The notes beneath the pieces are model-generated. The model made no database searches, was not told the origin of the DNA, and saw only the letters and a program-made list of their open reading frames with translations. 30,373 nt of DNA, from positions 1 to 30,373 of the IMG/VR virus record IMGVR_UViG_3300005859_000005; one strand, 5' to 3'. The number at the start of each line of letters is the position of its first letter. Positions within the stretch are counted from its first letter, which is position 1. This document shows positions 8,231 to 17,306 of the stretch, piece by piece. A program made the position numbers and the translations under genes.

Positions 8231-9423
8231 TATTGTTCTCCATTAATCATCTTCTTTCTTAAGACGTATATAATTCCTCCAATTATAGGCAATAATAATA
8301 TTCTTAATATTGTATATATGAGATTTCCTTCTATTACAAAGTTATAGAATACTTGGTTTTGTAGTCCTAGATAAAAGAATATAAATATCTGTAGTGCTAA
8401 ACTTGTTAGTACTATTGTAAATATTAATTTATTATTTGTTAATTTTAAAAATGCAAAACTTACAATAAGGAAATTCCAGAAAATGAATAATATACCAGTA
8501 AATCCAAATGAGATTGTAAATCCTAAAACATTTTCTAAAACATTAGTAATTGTATCAACAATAAAGATTAATAATAAAATGTTAGGCGTTAATTTAGCAA
8601 ATTTTTCTGGGAGAATTCTATCAAATGCAAAGCTTTGAATTAAACGACTTTGAATTAATGAATTTACAAAAAGATAGCTTAGATACCAGATTGGAAATAA
8701 AATAAACAATATATTCAAATTAGAAAAACTATCTAATATTGATAATATTGTAACTACTAAATAACTTCCAAAATATCCAATTTTCATGGCTTTATTTACG
8801 TTTTTTGATTCTCCAGCTATATAACTAATTGCATTTATGAACAGAAACATAGACAAGTCAAATAGTAAGGCTGAAAGTAAAGTATTCGATATTATGAAAC
8901 TTTGAAATTCAAAATGAAAGCCTGAAATTGGAAGAAATATTGATACAAGTATCTGTAGAATAGCTAATCCATCTACTATATATCCATATATTGATTTTTT
9001 AACTATACTGACAAGAGTTATTACAAATAATAATTCTGAAATTAAGAATTTATCAATTAGTGAAATATTAAAATTCATAAGTACCAAATCTGTCAAGACT
9101 GGGGCTGAGAATATATACGTTAGCCATAACGAGATTCCGAAAATTGTATAGAATTTCGGAGAAAATGTATTTCTAATGTAAGCATAATCTCCACCGTTAA
9201 GAGGAATTTTCTTAGTTAGAATATAATACATTACGAGAAGTGGAATTTCAAAAATAGCTCCTAATATTATAGCTAATAATAGATTTACATTTTTCATCAT
9301 TTGAGAGACAAAAATTGGATAACTTATTCCGCTCAAAATTCCCATGTAAAGAAGATTGATAGAAAAAATATCTAATGAATTGAAACTTTTAATAATTCCC
9401 GAACTTTTTCTTTGGAATTCCAT
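8230..9423 (-). CDS. APC-superfamily (amino acid permease-like) transporter (SIRV2 ORF399-like)
   Basis: Many TM segments; PLNGGDYAYI, YIAGESKN and SRLIQSFAFDRILP motifs; TAATG overlap with the TGT-like gene. Confidence 0.85.
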   Translation of the reverse strand: MEFQRKSSGIIKSFNSLDIFSINLLYMGILSGISYPIFVSQMMKNVNLLLAIILGAIFEIPLLVMYYILTKKIPLNGGDYAYIRNTFSPKFYTIFGISLWLTYIFSAPVLTDLVLMNFNISLIDKFLISELLFVITLVSIVKKSIYGYIVDGLAILQILVSIFLPISGFHFEFQSFIISNTLLSALLFDLSMFLFINAISYIAGESKNVNKAMKIGYFGSYLVVTILSILDSFSNLNILFILFPIWYLSYLFVNSLIQSRLIQSFAFDRILPEKFAKLTPNILLLIFIVDTITNVLENVLGFTISFGFTGILFIFWNFLIVSFAFLKLTNNKLIFTIVLTSLALQIFIFFYLGLQNQVFYNFVIEGNLIYTILRILLLPIIGGIIYVLRKKMINGEQ

Positions 9424-9506
9424 ATTTCAACTCAAGTTTTATGACTAATTTAAGACTTTCTCAAAATTTAAAGAAATAAAAATGTCCTAAAATATATGTA
9501 ATACAT

Positions 9507-9875
9507 ATGATAAGAGAATATAAGTTAAGGGACAACGTAATTGTAAAGATAGATAAAAGTCAAGCTGAAGTAATTGTAAATGACAAATATAGACTTTTTT
9601 TAACGTTAATTACAGATGCAATTATTGTTAGTTATAATGATATGACTTTGTCTATCACTTTTGATAAATTTAATCCAGAAAAGTTGGCTAAAAAAATCCA
9701 TATTATTGTTAGGCAATCTCATAGATTCTCAATAACATTAATTAAGGAAGTTCTAGAATTAATTGTAATTGATAATTTATATAATGATATTATTGAAGAA
9801 ATTAAGAAATTAAAAGAGAAAAAAGATATTAATACATTAAGAAAAGTTTACGATTATTTATCTCGAATGGAGTGA
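9507..9875 (+). CDS. Rudiviral hypothetical protein
   Basis: 122-aa ORF; GTC 21 nt upstream. Confidence 0.75.
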   Translation: MIREYKLRDNVIVKIDKSQAEVIVNDKYRLFLTLITDAIIVSYNDMTLSITFDKFNPEKLAKKIHIIVRQSHRFSITLIKEVLELIVIDNLYNDIIEEIKKLKEKKDINTLRKVYDYLSRME

Positions 9876-9879
9876 GATT

Positions 9880-10077
9880 ATGGTAAGTTTTCAGGAACAA
9901 CATATGTTTAGAGTTGAAAAGGAAAAAGATAATGTAATTTTTGCAATCTGTATTAGACATAAACCATTAGAATTTGGTATTGGAATAAGAAAAAATGATT
10001 TAGTTGAAATGATTTATATTGGAAAAGATAAACAATATGCAGAAAAATTATACTCTGATTTAATTCAACAACATTAA
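9880..10077 (+). CDS. Hypothetical protein
   Basis: 65-aa ORF 4 nt after the previous stop; GGAGTGA SD. Confidence 0.65.
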   Translation: MVSFQEQHMFRVEKEKDNVIFAICIRHKPLEFGIGIRKNDLVEMIYIGKDKQYAEKLYSDLIQQH

Positions 10078-11138
10078 AGCCCGTCTAAACTATTAAAAAG
10101 TTGTTTTTTTACAATTTCATAACTAAAGTTTTCTATCCAAAAGTTATAATTTTCCTCAATTTTTGCTTTATAATCATCTAGATTGTCTAAAACGTTAAGT
10201 ATTTTGTCCACAGCTTTGTCTACACATATTTCTACACCTTTTCCAATATGGATGGAATTATCTGGGAAAATTGTTGGTTTTCCGCATGAATCCACAAGTA
10301 AATCTTCTAGTTGTGAAGGAAAATATTCTTGCCAAGCTCCGCCTTTTGTAGCTACAACTGGGATTTTTGACACAAAAGCTTCCAGACCATTTAACTCAAA
10401 ACTTCCGCCTCTACTAGTTAACAAATACAAGTCAGATATTCTATACATCTTTACAATATTGTCGAAATCTGTATTTCCAGTAACATTAAACATTTTCAAG
10501 TCTTGGAAATCTGTCCTAGTCCATCCTGACTTGACCAAGAAGTAGATGTCATTTCTTTCTTTCTGGAGTTGTTGAGCTATTCTATGGAATATATCAGCTC
10601 CTTTTCTAAAATCTGAATGCCATAACGATATGAAAATTAGTTTAATTTTCTTCTCATTTTTAATTTTTTCTATATAACGTATTTGTTCATCTACTTTTAA
10701 TTCCTCATCTTTTACTAAAAGTCTTTCTTTGAAATTATGTACAACTTTGAAAATTGGAATTTTTAGTCCAGAGTTTTTGAAAGTATTTACAGACCATTCT
10801 GAATTAACTATTAATCTATCCGCATAATTATTTGCATAATCTATAAATTTTTCAGATATTTTATCACTATCAGCTACTTCAACTCCTACAATTGCACTGG
10901 TTTTTGTTCTATATTGTTCAAAAAACGAAAATTCTACTTTTGTCCATCTCCACATAGAATAGAAAAAGGGATGAATTATTGAGATTGGATATCTAAATGG
11001 TGTAAATTGATAGAAAGATAACGCTGGAATTTCGTAAACTATGTATTTTTCTTTTAGCATTCTCACATGTTCTTTCGCTACAAATTTAAAAGAAACGTCC
11101 TGATGTTGTGGATAAACGTAATAAATTGGAACCGTCAA
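10074..11138 (-). CDS. GT-B (GT4) glycosyltransferase (SIRV2 ORF356-like)
   Basis: RKGAD and SRGGSFELNGLEA (EX7E-like) motifs; TTG start with GGTGAGG SD. Confidence 0.92.
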   Translation of the reverse strand: MTVPIYYVYPQHQDVSFKFVAKEHVRMLKEKYIVYEIPALSFYQFTPFRYPISIIHPFFYSMWRWTKVEFSFFEQYRTKTSAIVGVEVADSDKISEKFIDYANNYADRLIVNSEWSVNTFKNSGLKIPIFKVVHNFKERLLVKDEELKVDEQIRYIEKIKNEKKIKLIFISLWHSDFRKGADIFHRIAQQLQKERNDIYFLVKSGWTRTDFQDLKMFNVTGNTDFDNIVKMYRISDLYLLTSRGGSFELNGLEAFVSKIPVVATKGGAWQEYFPSQLEDLLVDSCGKPTIFPDNSIHIGKGVEICVDKAVDKILNVLDNLDDYKAKIEENYNFWIENFSYEIVKKQLFNSLDGL

Positions 11139-11145
11139 TTTGTCC

Positions 11146-11751
11146 TCACCAACTTATTAGAACAAATTCTGGAATATGTTTGAAAATTTGCGGAATATCT
11201 TCAAGTGTAAATTCCATTCTTTTTTCTCCACATGGAGTTTTCACATAATGTACAGTTCCTAATTTCAAGACATTTAAAGGTAGAATATGGTCATGAATAA
11301 AAATGTCTATTGGAATTTCTTTATAATACTCTTTATCAAGATATGTATTTAATACAATTTCTAATATTGGAATTTGATTTTTCCTGAATATGTAATTTGT
11401 TCCAGAACAAAATGGTCTTATTTCGTTAGCCCATGAATAATAAAGCCAATAACATAATGTCATTATTCTATTTCCGAGGTCTATATTACGCAGACCGGGG
11501 ACAATCAAATCACTATCTATAATTGCAAATGTTGTATCGTCTTGATTTTTAGCTACATCTAGAATTTTCAGTAATTGCTTAGCTATTCTAATCCAACGAA
11601 TGTCACTTTTTGTCTCATTCCAGATAATTTTATCTCTAATTTTCTCTTCAATTTCTGGAATTAAATCGTTAAACGTTCTATCAACAACTACATAATCAAA
11701 ATCTAACTCTGGTAAATGTTTTGTATATCCCACAAATGTAAAGACTTTCAT
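11146..11751 (-). CDS. GT-A-like glycosyltransferase (SIRV ORF176/209-like)
   Basis: YVVVD and IIDSD (DxD) motifs; synteny. Confidence 0.8.
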   Translation of the reverse strand: MKVFTFVGYTKHLPELDFDYVVVDRTFNDLIPEIEEKIRDKIIWNETKSDIRWIRIAKQLLKILDVAKNQDDTTFAIIDSDLIVPGLRNIDLGNRIMTLCYWLYYSWANEIRPFCSGTNYIFRKNQIPILEIVLNTYLDKEYYKEIPIDIFIHDHILPLNVLKLGTVHYVKTPCGEKRMEFTLEDIPQIFKHIPEFVLISW

Positions 11752-11811
11752 AATTATCTCTCAATTTCATGACAATTTTAAATATTTTCAAACAAACATG
11801 AAAATAACCCC

Positions 11812-11910
11812 AATATACCATATAAATAATATAAGGAATATTGTGTTGTTTACATGTTTTCATGGGAATTTAAGAACAATAAGGACAATTAATATACATA
11901 ATATGATATA
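11812..11910 (+). promoter_or_regulatory. Modular upstream element, copy A
   Basis: Ungapped match to the reverse complement of 17201-17299; first 32 bp identical to the reverse complement of 26155-26186. Confidence 0.75.
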
Positions 11911-11954
11911 TGAGATATATGGTTTTATTTATGTCATTTTAGAAATTTGAACTT

Positions 11955-12764
11955 ATGAGTGTAACATATACATCTATATCGGAATTATTAGCCTCACCAT
12001 TTCAACGATTAACTTCTAGTATGTGGAATACGGCAATACTTCTTCTAGTTCAACTTTACGAAACAGGGGGAAATACTGTGACATCTATTCTAAAAAATGG
12101 TAATTTAACAATTCCAGGTTCTATAACTGCTAGTTCTGGAAATTTTTACGAAGAAATTTATGTAAATGGTCAGCCAGTTCTTACGGAACAAGACCCGATA
12201 TATATAGCGGGGTTTATTGCCACAGCTAATCAACAGATAAATCAAATTCTATATTCAAATCAACAGTTATACTATTCAATTACCAAACTTCCAAAAGAAA
12301 TTAATAACATAATTACACAGAATTTATATAATCTTTCTGATTCATTATATTCCTCAATTAATTTAATTTCTAAAAAAATATCAATTCCAGTACAAGATAT
12401 AGTTTATTCTATTACCGATTCTTTATCTTATATGCTTACATATGTTTATTTGGCTACAGTTAATTTAGTTAATACATTTAACAAACTTTTTCTATATTTA
12501 TCCCCTCCTACTATAGAAGGTTTACAGTTAGATGTAGATACAATTCCTTCACCTTTATATTCTGGACAAATGTTAGAAACTGTAAGAATAATTTTACAAA
12601 ACTTGAGTAATTATATCATTTATATTGGAAATCAATTATATCATAATTTTCCACTTTTACCTAATGATAGTATAGAATTACACGTAAACAATCCAACTAA
12701 TGTTTATGCTTGGGCTACTGGAAAATGTAAAGTATATGCTTTATTTGAAGTAATACAGAGTTAG
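11955..12764 (+). CDS. Conserved rudiviral protein (SIRV ORF269-like), probable minor virion/fibre-associated protein
   Basis: 269 aa; synteny; N-terminus resembles 15375..17156. Confidence 0.8.
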   Translation: MSVTYTSISELLASPFQRLTSSMWNTAILLLVQLYETGGNTVTSILKNGNLTIPGSITASSGNFYEEIYVNGQPVLTEQDPIYIAGFIATANQQINQILYSNQQLYYSITKLPKEINNIITQNLYNLSDSLYSSINLISKKISIPVQDIVYSITDSLSYMLTYVYLATVNLVNTFNKLFLYLSPPTIEGLQLDVDTIPSPLYSGQMLETVRIILQNLSNYIIYIGNQLYHNFPLLPNDSIELHVNNPTNVYAWATGKCKVYALFEVIQS

Positions 12765-12772
12765 GTGATATT

Positions 12773-13255
12773 ATGTCTATAAATTTCAAAGACTATTTCT
12801 GTAAGTTAGAATGTTGTTATTGGCATGAATTTGAACAAGCTTATGGAAAATTAAATGTAAAAGATAGAACAGTTACAATAATTGGTAATGATTGTGGAAG
12901 TACGGCGTTATATTTCATTTTACGTAATGCTAAGAAAATCATTGGGTTTGAAAAAGAAGAAAAATTAAATCAATTGTTCAAAGAAAAAGTTTGTAAGGAT
13001 TTTCAGATTTGTGATAAAGTTGAGATACATGGGGGATGGACTGGAAATCAATATCCAAACACTGACATTTTCGTGATTGATTGTGAAGGATGCGAATCAA
13101 AACTTGATATTTCTCAATTACAGAAATATAAACAATTCTGTATAGCTATACATGATTGGACTGAAAATAGATTTGATTTAATGCGAAAATTATACGGAGC
13201 TATCCTAACTTTTATAAGTAAGGATAATAAAGAATTTGTATTTTGTAAATTATGA
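12773..13255 (+). CDS. SAM-dependent methyltransferase (FkbM-like; SIRV ORF158-like)
   Basis: IIGNDCGSTA motif I, IGFE, IDCEGCE. Confidence 0.85.
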   Translation: MSINFKDYFCKLECCYWHEFEQAYGKLNVKDRTVTIIGNDCGSTALYFILRNAKKIIGFEKEEKLNQLFKEKVCKDFQICDKVEIHGGWTGNQYPNTDIFVIDCEGCESKLDISQLQKYKQFCIAIHDWTENRFDLMRKLYGAILTFISKDNKEFVFCKL

Positions 13256-15244
13256 AATACATTGGTTATTTATAATTTTTGCATTTCCATAAATATATAT
13301 TGCACCAGTATTTTGTTTACAAATTAAATTTTCTATTACAGCATTATCATATAAATATATATCACCAACATTATTTTCTATATATAAAGTTTTTATATAT
13401 GCATTATTATATAATTGAATTTTACCATTATTAGTTTCTATATTTAATATGTTTACATATGTATTATTATTTAAATATACATAATTATTTTCTGTTCCTA
13501 TATCAATTGTATTAATAGAAACATTATCTTCTATATTTATTCCGTTATTGTCAATTTCTATATTAATTGAATTTACAGAAGAATAATTTTCTAAAAACAT
13601 TGTTTTATTATTAATCTGAACATTTATTGTATATATTTTAGAATAATCATTTAAATATATGCCTCCATTTTCTTGTTGTACATTAATTATAGTAATAGAA
13701 CTATTGTCATTTAAATCTATTCCGCCATTATCAATTTTTATATTAATTGTTCCGATTAACGTATTATCATTAAGTAATATTGTATTATAATTAACATTTA
13801 TGTTTAATGTATGTATAGAAGAATTGTCATATAATTCAATTAATTCATTATTTGTATTTATATTTAAAAAGTTTATATATGAATTGTTATATGGAAATAT
13901 AAATCCATTATTATAATTAATTATTAAATTTGCAATTGTACCATAAATAAAAATATCACTTGAATTACTATAAATTAAAAAGTTTTTAATATAAATATTT
14001 TGAGAAATTGTAGGACTAATTTGTAAATTTGTAATTAAGACATTCAAAAATGTAGATATCGAATTTAATAAATTATAAAATTCATAGCCATAACAACTAA
14101 ATAAAAAGTATTGATTATAATTAAAAGTTAAAAGTTGATTAACATTATAAACTATATCTACAAATTGTAAAGCTTTCACGATTTCATCAGACTGGACATG
14201 TGAAAGATTTTTTTGTAATTGTATATTAACAAAATTTGCTAATTCTATAATTGCATCAATTAAAGAGTTAAAATAGTCTGCAGTTAATGGAAGTCCTTTT
14301 TTAGCATGAATAAGTGGTTTGAACATGTAAGGTTGGAAATTTTTATAGAAATCATAAAAATCAAGAATTGCATAAGTTATATTTTGCGGATATGGAAATT
14401 GAGACAAATATTTTATGTATTTATAAATACTATAAGCTAGATATAAATCTTGTACAATTTCATTCCAAAGTTTTGAAGATATTATAGAATGTTTTTTTGG
14501 CGGGGTTAATAATTTTTTAATTTGATAGACCGATACACATGAATAATGTTTACAAGATAATGGTGAAACAATATTATATGGAATATTATTTGAATTTAAG
14601 AAATCTATAACTTGTTGGTCTGCAAAAAATACTATTTGTGTATAGGATATTATGCCTGGGTTTGCACATATACCTGATGTTGCAAATTTTACAGTTATAT
14701 TATCTACATATACAAACATTTGGCAAGCTGTTGTTACTAAATAATTATTTAAATTGTTTAGAAAAACTGCTACATAAAAAGTCGAATTATTACAATAATT
14801 TGTTACATTTATTGTTTGGACTTGACAGCCTGAACATGTTCCTACTGTTACCGAATATCCATAGTTACTTTCTATGTTCATATTTTGGATTAGAGAAATT
14901 GTCGTATTTTTAAAAGACATAGTTAAATTTTGTTCGATTTCACAAACATTGGTCTTATATAAATCAATTCCTTGTGGATAAATCATTATTAACATATAAT
15001 ATCCTTTATAATTTGACAAATTTATGTTAAAATCCGTTCCAACTTTAGCAAATCCAAAGGCATCATGATTTATACAAAAAGAACCGGCATTTCCATGACT
15101 AAATGGACATTTTGAGAATAGAAATATAACTAAAGAATTTACAGATAATGAAAATTGTAAAGATGTAAAATTTACAGGATATACTGTAAACATACCAATT
15201 ATTCCAAAATTTTGATTTAATTGTACACAATAATTTGAAGACAT
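13250..15244 (-). CDS. Extended fibre/receptor-binding-like protein (SIRV2 ORF309-like core, N-terminal extension, C-terminal beta-helix repeats)
   Basis: SCKHYSCVSVYQIKKLLTPPKK core begins near aa 230; 20-aa Asn/Ile repeats at the C-terminus. Confidence 0.75.
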   Translation of the reverse strand: MSSNYCVQLNQNFGIIGMFTVYPVNFTSLQFSLSVNSLVIFLFSKCPFSHGNAGSFCINHDAFGFAKVGTDFNINLSNYKGYYMLIMIYPQGIDLYKTNVCEIEQNLTMSFKNTTISLIQNMNIESNYGYSVTVGTCSGCQVQTINVTNYCNNSTFYVAVFLNNLNNYLVTTACQMFVYVDNITVKFATSGICANPGIISYTQIVFFADQQVIDFLNSNNIPYNIVSPLSCKHYSCVSVYQIKKLLTPPKKHSIISSKLWNEIVQDLYLAYSIYKYIKYLSQFPYPQNITYAILDFYDFYKNFQPYMFKPLIHAKKGLPLTADYFNSLIDAIIELANFVNIQLQKNLSHVQSDEIVKALQFVDIVYNVNQLLTFNYNQYFLFSCYGYEFYNLLNSISTFLNVLITNLQISPTISQNIYIKNFLIYSNSSDIFIYGTIANLIINYNNGFIFPYNNSYINFLNINTNNELIELYDNSSIHTLNINVNYNTILLNDNTLIGTINIKIDNGGIDLNDNSSITIINVQQENGGIYLNDYSKIYTINVQINNKTMFLENYSSVNSINIEIDNNGINIEDNVSINTIDIGTENNYVYLNNNTYVNILNIETNNGKIQLYNNAYIKTLYIENNVGDIYLYDNAVIENLICKQNTGAIYIYGNAKIINNQCIS
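13262..13921 (-). repeat. 11 degenerate 60-bp (20-aa) coding tandem repeats
   Basis: e.g. INTNNELIELYDNSSIHTLN / IKIDNGGIDLNDNSSITIIN / IETNNGKIQLYNNAYIKTLY; columns align across consecutive 60-nt lines. Confidence 0.9.
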
Positions 15245-15374
15245 TACTAAATCATTATATACTTATTTTCGAATAAATACTTTAAATCTATTTCAATATC
15301 TAATACATTATCAATTCCAAAATTAAAAATAGAATTAGGATAAAACAAATTAAGGAATTTTGTATTTAACGTTA

Positions 15375-17156
15375 TTACGCTAGAATTATTGTTTTTTGTG
15401 GTTGTGAATTTGAAGGCATTACATTATTTGGTGGCAATTTTCTAGCTCTAGTCCAATAGAAATATCCAATATATGTTACATTATATGAATTGTCAAACAT
15501 TATAATTCCTGAACCGTTTGGAGTTATTGTGGAACTCCAGCTTGTTGATAGTTGTAAATTTAATTGTGGTAATTCAATAATTGGTGTTGATATAGAACTA
15601 CCATAAAATTTAATTCCTGAACTTGTTACAATTGCTTGATAGAAATTATAGCCTGAATTTGTAAACATAGAAATTGTACCTGCAGATTCATAATTTCCAT
15701 TATAATAAATATATGAATCATTATAATATGGACATATGTATGTGAAATAATAGTTATAGTTATCAAAATTTCCTAGAAATCCAATACCTTGACATCCACC
15801 TTGTCCATTAAAATATTGTACATTTTCAAAAATTTCATTTACATTATTCGCATTTGAAAAATTTATATAAATCTGTGTGTATGAATTTTGTTGATTATTT
15901 AACATTAAAATATATCCTGGTATCGTTCCATTTTTTGGAATAAATTGAATTGTCGAATATATATCCGAATCAATTTGTAAATTATTAGCAATATATGAAG
16001 TTCCCATGGCATTTATATATGCGTCAAAAACATAATTACCATTATCATATTCTGTATTATAATATGCATTAATTCCAGTATAAGGATATTGAATAGAATT
16101 TCTAACAAACATATAGATTGTCATTGACCCGTTGGCAGGAATTGAATTTGGTAATAATACCCAAATTAAAACATTTGATAAATCTAAATTGTATTGAGAT
16201 ATCCAAGCATATAATGGGGTATTACACCGAACATCTAAACAGAATTGTAGATTTAGAAGTTGAGATGGACTGGATAAAATGTTAGATAAATCCAATTGAA
16301 GAAGTTGTTGAAATTGTAACGGAGTTGGGTCTGGTTCGTTATTTGTTATAGTAATTGTATAAATATTAATAGATGAAGTTGGAGTTGTTGTTTTAGTAAA
16401 AGATGTTATAGTTTCAATAAATTCAATTTCTAAGCCTAATAAAGTAGAAGTTTGTGCTGATAATTGAATTTGTGATAATGAATTTGTTGATAATTCTAAA
16501 CATTTTTTTGGAATTTTTGAAGTTTTAGATATTGATTTATTTCCAAAGAAAGAATTTGATGTTATTTTTAGACAATTTTTAGGCATTAGATAAATAGAAT
16601 TGTTTATTTGAATAGAAGAATTTCCTAGGTTTTTAATAATAATTTCATTCCAATTTTGTAAATATTGTGGATTTAAATAATTTTCAATTAATTGTTGAAC
16701 ATTTACAGTTCCAGAAAATGTAAATTGAGTTCCAGCAATTTGATTAGGAGCTACAATTTTTAGGGTCTTATTAGGAATTAGAAGTTCTATTTGTTTATAT
16801 AATTGTGGTAAATTTATTTCAAAATTTGGAAATTGTAATATAATATTTTCTAATTCTATAGAAGGTTTATTTGACATGTCTAGAAACGGTTGTTGTTTCC
16901 CTTGACCGAAAGTATAAGCTAACGGCTGTGACAGATTGTATAAAACATTATAACCATTTACTTTTAAAGCCGAAACATATAGATATTTTGCAATTACTTT
17001 GTTTAGATTTTGTAAATTCCCATTTTGATAATATTTGAGAAGTTTAGCTGAGCCATATTGGTTTAAAAACAAGAGATTTTTTACAAAGTTATTCCAGTCT
17101 TGTACTGTCAAGTATTCTAATGGAAGTTTAAACTTAACTGGATATGGAGTAGGCAT
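15375..17156 (-). CDS. Minor virion protein (SIRV2 ORF564-like) with a DUF2341-like domain
   Basis: YTITITNN...QQLLQL...PLYAWI...IWVLLPNSIPANGSMTIYM pattern; Thr/Ser linker; synteny. Confidence 0.85.
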   Translation of the reverse strand: MPTPYPVKFKLPLEYLTVQDWNNFVKNLLFLNQYGSAKLLKYYQNGNLQNLNKVIAKYLYVSALKVNGYNVLYNLSQPLAYTFGQGKQQPFLDMSNKPSIELENIILQFPNFEINLPQLYKQIELLIPNKTLKIVAPNQIAGTQFTFSGTVNVQQLIENYLNPQYLQNWNEIIIKNLGNSSIQINNSIYLMPKNCLKITSNSFFGNKSISKTSKIPKKCLELSTNSLSQIQLSAQTSTLLGLEIEFIETITSFTKTTTPTSSINIYTITITNNEPDPTPLQFQQLLQLDLSNILSSPSQLLNLQFCLDVRCNTPLYAWISQYNLDLSNVLIWVLLPNSIPANGSMTIYMFVRNSIQYPYTGINAYYNTEYDNGNYVFDAYINAMGTSYIANNLQIDSDIYSTIQFIPKNGTIPGYILMLNNQQNSYTQIYINFSNANNVNEIFENVQYFNGQGGCQGIGFLGNFDNYNYYFTYICPYYNDSYIYYNGNYESAGTISMFTNSGYNFYQAIVTSSGIKFYGSSISTPIIELPQLNLQLSTSWSSTITPNGSGIIMFDNSYNVTYIGYFYWTRARKLPPNNVMPSNSQPQKTIILA

Positions 17157-17200
17157 TAATTATAATTTAAAAATTGTTAAAAATAAAGTGACATAACTTA

Positions 17201-17299
17201 TATACAATATTATGTATATTATGTGATGTTATTGTTCTTAACTTTTTACGTTTAATCAAAAACAACACAATATACCTTATATTATATATATGGCATATG
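17201..17299 (-). promoter_or_regulatory. Modular upstream element, copy B
   Basis: Inverted copy of 11812-11910; same 143-nt distance to ATG 17156. Confidence 0.75.
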
Positions 17300-17306
17300 A
17301 GTTACG

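Noticed and set aside
10183-10545. 120-aa plus ORF
   Set aside because: Ser-rich antisense shadow of the conserved glycosyltransferase
13262-13921. 60-bp periodicity as a CRISPR array
   Set aside because: Degenerate in-frame coding repeats with no constant repeat and unique spacer structure
14638-14913. 91-aa plus ORF
   Set aside because: Antisense to the 664-aa gene; Leu-rich artefact
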